This document shows positions 44,033-49,534 of a DNA stretch of 49,534 nucleotides, piece by piece (within the stretch, counting starts at the first letter, position 1; each line of letters starts with the position of its first letter). The notes beneath the pieces are model-generated. The model saw nothing but the letters and a program-made list of their open reading frames with translations. It was not told the origin of the DNA and made no database searches. The translations under genes were made by a program, and so were the position numbers. Origin of the DNA: a virus (Duplodnaviria > Caudoviricetes); the IMG/VR virus record IMGVR_UViG_3300029822_000015, positions 1-49,534 of that record; one strand, 5' to 3'.

Positions 44033-46465
44033 CTAAAAATCAGTTACTGCTAAACGGACACCAATCCAATAGTAGCTGCGATCACCCTTAATATTCTTGC
44101 GCTTACGCTCATAACCAAGCTCCTGCATGCGGTTGTAAAATTTGTACTTGCCTAGAGATTTCTCGCCAGAATCATCGGTGTAGTCCGTGTAACTTAAGTA
44201 CAGGTCTTCGCTGGCGGTGTCTACCGAGTCATCCTTAACGATCATTTCATTAGCGAATCGCCCAACACTGTCATTTGCGACCAGCCACTCATCTAACTCA
44301 TTTTTCATCTCTGCGGTTTCGCTAAAGCCCCCGTTAGCTAGTAATCTTTGCAAACCAGCAACCGCCAGGTTAAAAATACCGGCTAATTCAAGACGCATTT
44401 TTTTGAGCGGGTATTTTCGTTTATCAGCTTCGGTTATCTTATGGCCAACTTTTAAGATGATTGCCCGGCGCTCTAAACCGCCAGAAAAGTCGCGCATTGG
44501 CGGGAGGCTGTTCATCGAGAAGGTTAGCTTGGCAAAGTTGCTAAAAGTAAAAGGCTGGTCGTATTTCACATCCGCATAAAGCGCATCTTCACCGGTTAGG
44601 CTCTTAAGTGTCGCCGCGTCACCCAAATATTCTGGCTTAGCTTCAGTGTCAAAGTTGGCTGTCTTTTGATAAAGATTAGCTGTTGCGAAGTTTTTTGTCA
44701 TCAATGCTTCTAGTGAAACCGCGGAATAGGCATCATCTCCGATCATACTTTTACACAGGTTAAGCAGTGTGGTCTTGCCAGAACCCCCGATACCATATAA
44801 AAACAGCAATTTTTGAATTGGGTAACCCCGATAGAGACAATAGCCAAACCACTCGTAAACAAAATCAGCGGCTTTTTTACCAACTAAAAACTCAACAAAC
44901 TTTTTAAAAACAGGCGCGGTGGCCTTTGGATCATAGGTAATTGGGTGCGCCACTTGGACAAAATAATCGGGATCGTACTTTTTACTAAAGCTACTGTCCG
45001 AGATGTCAAGGACCCCGTTGTCAAGCACCAACTTGTCAATGTTGCTATCCGGAAACTTGTCGTTAGTCATCAAGATCCCTTGGCAAGCCGCGATCGTCTC
45101 ACGAATAATGTTAATTTTTGTTAGTTGCGCAAGGTAGTGATTAGTGATGTAAGATTTAAGAAATTCTTCTGCACCCCGGCGCCAAATTCCTGATTTATCG
45201 TCATAGTACATAAATTTTACGCCGTTATAGTAAAGCGGAATGTCAGCAATAATGTGCTTAGCAAGTAAGAACGTATTAACCTCTGGATTACCTTTAGAGT
45301 TGATCGACAGCCAGTCTTTATCATCTTTTTTGCTAGTGTCCTCAACCTGATCAAAATCCGACTTGGCCTCGGCCAGCTTAAGCCCAGTTAACTCATCTTG
45401 GTAAAGCGCAAAGGTCTCTTGGTCATTATCCTGGATAAACTGCACCATAGCTCGATAACTCGGCCGCTGTGTTGCAGGTGTTTTGTCTGACACCTCATCA
45501 TCAAGATCCAAGAACTTCTGCTTACGCACCAAGTCGAACGCGTTGTTGAGCGTATCACCAACGGGGTCAGTCCCGTGGTGGCTGTAAGCAAACTTATCAT
45601 CGTAGATCACTAAGCCACCAGAAGTGCTCCCTGGAATGTAGGTGTAGCGATCCTCATGTTCTGTCGGTGCATAAACATCGGATAAAAAGTCGTTGATAGC
45701 TTCCTCGATGGTATGTGTCCGACAAAAAGCACCAATGATACCCTTTTTAGTAAGCGGGTCACCCTGTTTTTTAGCCTCTCGTGCGTGTGCTTCATGTTCA
45801 CGCGAGCTGGTTGGCCAAAAAGTAGAATCCCGCCAGTCTTCGTATTCCGCGAGCACATCGTCCGGGTTGACCCAATCCGCGTCAGCCGACTTATAAAAAT
45901 ACTCGCCATCAATTGCGTGGCTTGGCCAGTACATCAAGCGTTCTGGCTGATAGGTCGTGTCATCGAAAAGGTTCATGCCAATTGTTGACGCCAGCTTACG
46001 CGCCAGTGGCTGGTATTCTTCTGGCGTCACCGGCCGTGATAATGGAATGATAAACCGTAGCCGTGGGTTATCAGATGAGTAGCTATGCGTTGAGTAAACG
46101 GCAATTGCATTCTCAAATAAAAGTTGTAGATCGTCCCACATGGTCGGAGTTGCAAAATCGGCATCTAAGGTTACCAGCGATCGCGTTTGTACGGCGTCAG
46201 CTTTACGGCGACCTTGCTTTAAAAAGCCACCAACATAACCGCCAACGTCTTTAACGCTGTCGCGCTTGGCCTTACTCATCTTCATGTAAGCCGAATAGCT
46301 CTCTTGTGTGATGGTTGGCTTTGATAAGCGAGCTAAGAAATCCGACCACTGCATGGTCTCGTTATGCCACTTCTTGTCAAGTCGAGATGTTCCAACCGCC
46401 ATATTGATCGTTCCATCATGCGCGATCGGCACTGACTGTTGGTCTAGCTTAGTTTTAGCGACCAT
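44033..46465 (-). CDS. Primase-polymerase / P4-D5-type SF3 helicase
   Basis: N-terminal KDVGGYVGG, TLDAD and YSTH AEP-type motifs; D5_N-like region; LYGIGGSGKT Walker A; LKSLTGED; C-terminal winged helix. Confidence 0.88.
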   Translation of the reverse strand: MVAKTKLDQQSVPIAHDGTINMAVGTSRLDKKWHNETMQWSDFLARLSKPTITQESYSAYMKMSKAKRDSVKDVGGYVGGFLKQGRRKADAVQTRSLVTLDADFATPTMWDDLQLLFENAIAVYSTHSYSSDNPRLRFIIPLSRPVTPEEYQPLARKLASTIGMNLFDDTTYQPERLMYWPSHAIDGEYFYKSADADWVNPDDVLAEYEDWRDSTFWPTSSREHEAHAREAKKQGDPLTKKGIIGAFCRTHTIEEAINDFLSDVYAPTEHEDRYTYIPGSTSGGLVIYDDKFAYSHHGTDPVGDTLNNAFDLVRKQKFLDLDDEVSDKTPATQRPSYRAMVQFIQDNDQETFALYQDELTGLKLAEAKSDFDQVEDTSKKDDKDWLSINSKGNPEVNTFLLAKHIIADIPLYYNGVKFMYYDDKSGIWRRGAEEFLKSYITNHYLAQLTKINIIRETIAACQGILMTNDKFPDSNIDKLVLDNGVLDISDSSFSKKYDPDYFVQVAHPITYDPKATAPVFKKFVEFLVGKKAADFVYEWFGYCLYRGYPIQKLLFLYGIGGSGKTTLLNLCKSMIGDDAYSAVSLEALMTKNFATANLYQKTANFDTEAKPEYLGDAATLKSLTGEDALYADVKYDQPFTFSNFAKLTFSMNSLPPMRDFSGGLERRAIILKVGHKITEADKRKYPLKKMRLELAGIFNLAVAGLQRLLANGGFSETAEMKNELDEWLVANDSVGRFANEMIVKDDSVDTASEDLYLSYTDYTDDSGEKSLGKYKFYNRMQELGYERKRKNIKGDRSYYWIGVRLAVTDF

Positions 46466-46849
46466 TTACTTGACCTCGCTTCTCTCACCTAACAAAACGC
46501 CATTGCAGTACGCCGAAGCAAACCGTTTTAAAGCCTGCTCACGATACCGTTGGAAGTAACCAGACTGACTGATACCCATAAGCTTGCAAACCTTTTTATA
46601 AGAGTTCCCCTCAACATAGACGGTTTTAATGATCAGCCGATCGGATTCATCAAACAGCATGTCGTAAGCCTTATTGATCCCCTCAAGCAGATCAATAGCT
46701 GCCAGTTTGTCGGGATAAGTCGTTCGTTCACGATCAATGCTCCAATCATGATCAGCAGCTAGGACATCAGTTCTGCGTGTTACTGTTAAGTCGAGTGCGT
46801 TTTGATAGTCCTCTTTAAAAAAATGTTTAACATTATCTACATAGCTCAT
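46466..46849 (-). CDS. ArpU/RinA-like (sigma region-4 type) transcriptional regulator
   Basis: RLIIKTVYVEG...KVCKLMGISQSGYF...EQALKRFA; GGAGG RBS. Confidence 0.65.
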   Translation of the reverse strand: MSYVDNVKHFFKEDYQNALDLTVTRRTDVLAADHDWSIDRERTTYPDKLAAIDLLEGINKAYDMLFDESDRLIIKTVYVEGNSYKKVCKLMGISQSGYFQRYREQALKRFASAYCNGVLLGERSEVK

Positions 46850-46880
46850 TTTATACGCCTCCAATACTTTTGATGACCTA

Positions 46881-46889
46881 ATTATAACA
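46881..46889 (-). promoter_or_regulatory. Extended -10 promoter
   Basis: TGTTATAAT in the AT-rich gap after the polymerase gene. Confidence 0.5.
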
Positions 46890-46972
46890 CCAATTTTAAA
46901 TAAATTATACTATTTTTACAAAAAAATTATTTAAAAAAGACACTCCACCATTTAGCAGAGCATCTAATCAAG

Positions 46973-48928
46973 TTAATCCTTACGATAAAACGGCGTTGTA
47001 TAGCCCGCGGCATTAAGTGGCAGACCCGTTGCCCAATCTGGACCCTGACACATGATGCGTTCCATCTCATCTAGCTTTTTACCAGCTGGAACTTCGGCCA
47101 CAACCTCATCATGCACATGGAAGACCGCATGATAGCCGGCTTCATCAAGTTTCTTCATGCTAAAAGCCAACAAATCACGGGCAGTGGCTTGAGTGATGTT
47201 TTCAACAAGCTTGCCACCGTAAGTTTCAAGTTTCATAAAACCGGCTTTCATGCCTTGACCGTAGTAGGTGATCCGTCCATCATCATTAACTGCTGCTTTG
47301 GCGTAGGCTAATTTACGGCCAGAAGGGATTTCGATAAAGAGATAACCCTGCTTCACGTAAGCCTTTAATCGTCCACCAGCGCAACGGTGCACGCCACCGT
47401 CTTCAATGGCAGCTATTGCCATGTCTTGAACAGCATACCACAGCTTGACAATGTGCGGGTTGGCTTTACGCCATGATTTTACTAGAGACGGTAACTCCTC
47501 TTCATCCAGGCCAAGATTTTTAGCACCCATTGCTAACATTGCGCCAACTGATCCTTGATAGCCTAATGCCAGTGTGGTGATCTTGCCTTTTTGACGTATC
47601 TTCTTATCAATTTTCTCTTTGGGGATCCCCAGCATACGAGACGCAGTAGATTTATAAATGTCCGCATTTTGCTCAAACTCCTTTAACGCCCAACTCTCGC
47701 CTGCGATCCAAGCGATCGTTCGAGCTTCAATTGCTGAAAAGTCACAAATTGCTAGATGATAGCCCTCTTTAGGGACAAAGGCTGTCCGGATAGACTGCTT
47801 GATGACGTCTTGCGGGCTATCAAATAGCATCTCAAGCCCATCAATATCTCGCGCCTTGATCATCTCACGGGCTACTTTTAACTGCTCTAGGCTCAAATAG
47901 TTACGTGGCAGGTTCTGGACTTGTACTAACCGACCAGCCCATCGCCCTGTACGGTTAGCACCATAAAACTGCAACAGTCCATGCACCCGACCATCATCAC
48001 ATGTCGCCATGATCATCTTCTCGTATTTTTTAGTCGAACTGTTAGACAGGCTAAGACGCAACCTAAGCGCCGTATTTACCCTGTCAGGAAGATTACCATG
48101 GTCAATGGCTGATTGTACCGTATCTTTTCCAAGGGTCTTAAACGGGCAATTTTGGGCTTCTAGCCAATCTTTAAATTGCTTGACTGAATTGGGGTTATCT
48201 AAACCTGTCAGCTCCTTTAGCTGCTTAGCACCACGCGCATTAAGTTCGTCCATAATCGCCACCGCGCCGTGTGCCAGGTCTTGGTCAACTCCAACACCTC
48301 GATCATTAATTAGTTGATCAAGTGTGTAGTACGACCACTCTCGATCGCTTACCGGGTATTTACTAAGCGCTTCATCGATAGCCAGCTCGGTGGCCACGTC
48401 TTGGCGGTTATACAGCAGATAGGTCTGCCACTTATCCGGCGCATCGCTGGGCAGGTTACGCGTACGACCGCCATTGGCCTTGGTTGGCTTGCAAGGTTTA
48501 GCAAAGTAGTTGATCAAGGCTCGACCACGAGTGTCTTTTTGCTCATCAAGATGCAGCCAGCTTGCGACTCGGCCTAAACCGGTTGGTAAGCTCATCTCGT
48601 TAGCTATAACCATCGTGTCGTGCCACTGTTGTGGGTCAAGCCACCCTTCTTCGCTGTACATTTTACCTAAGGCCAGCCGTTCAAACTGGGCGTTATACGC
48701 GTATTTAATGCAACTAGGATCGTGCAGAAGCTTGTAAAATTCATCGGTTATTTCCTCACCAGAAGCAAGATCAACTTGATGGAGCGCCCCGTTATCGATC
48801 GAGTAAGTTAAGATCATAATTTCAAAACTAGGGTCATTCACGTAGCGATAAACACCAACATCAGGTAAACTTGCTTCCGAATAGGTCTCAATATCGATTC
48901 GCATGTTATGACTAACCTTAGTCTCCAT
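46973..48928 (-). CDS. Family A DNA polymerase with 3'-5' exonuclease domain
   Basis: IDIETYS, YNAQFER, RTGRWAG, CDFSAIEAR, RQKGKITTLALGY and HVHDE motifs. Confidence 0.95.
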   Translation of the reverse strand: METKVSHNMRIDIETYSEASLPDVGVYRYVNDPSFEIMILTYSIDNGALHQVDLASGEEITDEFYKLLHDPSCIKYAYNAQFERLALGKMYSEEGWLDPQQWHDTMVIANEMSLPTGLGRVASWLHLDEQKDTRGRALINYFAKPCKPTKANGGRTRNLPSDAPDKWQTYLLYNRQDVATELAIDEALSKYPVSDREWSYYTLDQLINDRGVGVDQDLAHGAVAIMDELNARGAKQLKELTGLDNPNSVKQFKDWLEAQNCPFKTLGKDTVQSAIDHGNLPDRVNTALRLRLSLSNSSTKKYEKMIMATCDDGRVHGLLQFYGANRTGRWAGRLVQVQNLPRNYLSLEQLKVAREMIKARDIDGLEMLFDSPQDVIKQSIRTAFVPKEGYHLAICDFSAIEARTIAWIAGESWALKEFEQNADIYKSTASRMLGIPKEKIDKKIRQKGKITTLALGYQGSVGAMLAMGAKNLGLDEEELPSLVKSWRKANPHIVKLWYAVQDMAIAAIEDGGVHRCAGGRLKAYVKQGYLFIEIPSGRKLAYAKAAVNDDGRITYYGQGMKAGFMKLETYGGKLVENITQATARDLLAFSMKKLDEAGYHAVFHVHDEVVAEVPAGKKLDEMERIMCQGPDWATGLPLNAAGYTTPFYRKD

Positions 48929-49388
48929 AAGCTTTACCCGCAATAAATAGTTCTACAACATGCTTTTGTAAGCCGAGTTTTTCCGCAATGTCATCGATCG
49001 AAATGCCTTTAGCATGCAGTTTACGAATCAGTTTAAAATTATTTAGTGATACCGAATATTTGGCATATTTTACCTGGTCGGTCACAACAAGTAAATTATG
49101 CACATCATTATTAAATTTATCGCCGTTAATGTGGATGACGTACTCGCCATGGTCAACACCAATGTAAGCCTCCGCAACTAACCGAGACAACCTAAAATGA
49201 CGCTTAACGCCATCCTCGTATGTGACTGTTACATGTGGGTCGCCAACAATCCCTGGATCGCTCTTGTATTCGTGCGCGCGAGCGTATTTGCCTGATGGGT
49301 AATAGTGCGCCAGGGTTTTAGCATGGCCGAAGTTGCTTACTAATAAGAAGTTTGGCACCGATTTTGGTGATTCCCATTTTTCTCGCAT
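48918..49388 (-). CDS. NUMOD4 + HNH_3 endonuclease-like protein with C-terminal HTH
   Basis: EKW...LVSNFG, RLVAEAYI, HINGDKFNN..NL and SIDDIAEKLGL. Confidence 0.75.
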   Translation of the reverse strand: MREKWESPKSVPNFLLVSNFGHAKTLAHYYPSGKYARAHEYKSDPGIVGDPHVTVTYEDGVKRHFRLSRLVAEAYIGVDHGEYVIHINGDKFNNDVHNLLVVTDQVKYAKYSVSLNNFKLIRKLHAKGISIDDIAEKLGLQKHVVELFIAGKAYGD

Positions 49389-49403
49389 AACTATCCTCCT
49401 AAT

Positions 49404-49434
49404 AAAAAAGCGGCAGCGGATAGCCGCCACCGCT
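49404..49434 (-). terminator. Terminator after the SSB gene
   Basis: AGCGGTGGCGG...CCGCTGCCGCT stem plus T tract. Confidence 0.7.
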
Positions 49435-49442
49435 AGAGTGTT

Positions 49443-49534
49443 TTAATCTAACATGTCATCATCGGTTTCGCCAGAATCCCATTGACTAAAGTCATCGTCA
49501 GCTTTAGACCGGCCACCGAGAAAGTCACCATCAC
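49443..49534 (-). CDS. DUF2815 SSB, 3' part (acidic tail), continuing from the window start
   Basis: DGDFLGGRSKADDDFSQWDSGETDDDMLD*. Confidence 0.8.
   Translation of the reverse strand, partial: DGDFLGGRSKADDDFSQWDSGETDDDMLD

Noticed and set aside
389-48737. Numerous plus-strand ORFs in the six-frame track (e.g. 14037-14603, 15767-16339, 23193-23651, 33386-33814)
   Set aside because: All lie antisense to well-supported minus-strand genes, show no motifs and read as codon shadows.
1-49534. tRNA or rRNA genes
   Set aside because: None recognised by eye in the few intergenic gaps; a tRNAscan-SE or Infernal run would be needed to exclude them formally.

Overview
A nearly complete, circularly permuted ~49.5 kb tailed-phage genome with every supportable gene on the minus strand. 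The contractile-tail (myovirus-type) morphogenesis module and the gene families suggest a Lactobacillaceae-type host (inference). The SSB gene is split across the two window ends. Transcription order: DUF2800 nuclease, DUF2815 SSB, NUMOD4-HNH, family A DNA polymerase, ArpU-like regulator, primase/D5-type helicase, VRR-NUC, SNF2 helicase, accessory genes with dUTPase and a C5 methyltransferase, a Rha/Xis/Gam block, terminase, portal, head, neck, sheath/tube, tape measure, baseplate, fibre/receptor-binding genes and lysis. No integrase is visible. Two TnpB-encoding insertion sequences are present (IS607 type and IS1341 type). Main oddities: (1) the methyltransferase gene carries two further RBS-equipped genes in its +1 frame, an intact zinc-finger HNH endonuclease filling a stop-free in-frame insertion and an EcoHK31I-beta-like ORF; (2) the SNF2 helicase has CTT-TGA-CTT inside Walker A, where a matched-codon ribosomal hop would restore DMGLGKT; (3) a duplicated repeat-rich non-coding element lies on roughly opposite sides of the circle; (4) the sheath gene appears split with Ig domains; (5) the IS607 sits in the Shine-Dalgarno of the first lysis-cassette gene. 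All family assignments come from motif recognition by eye, not database searches.
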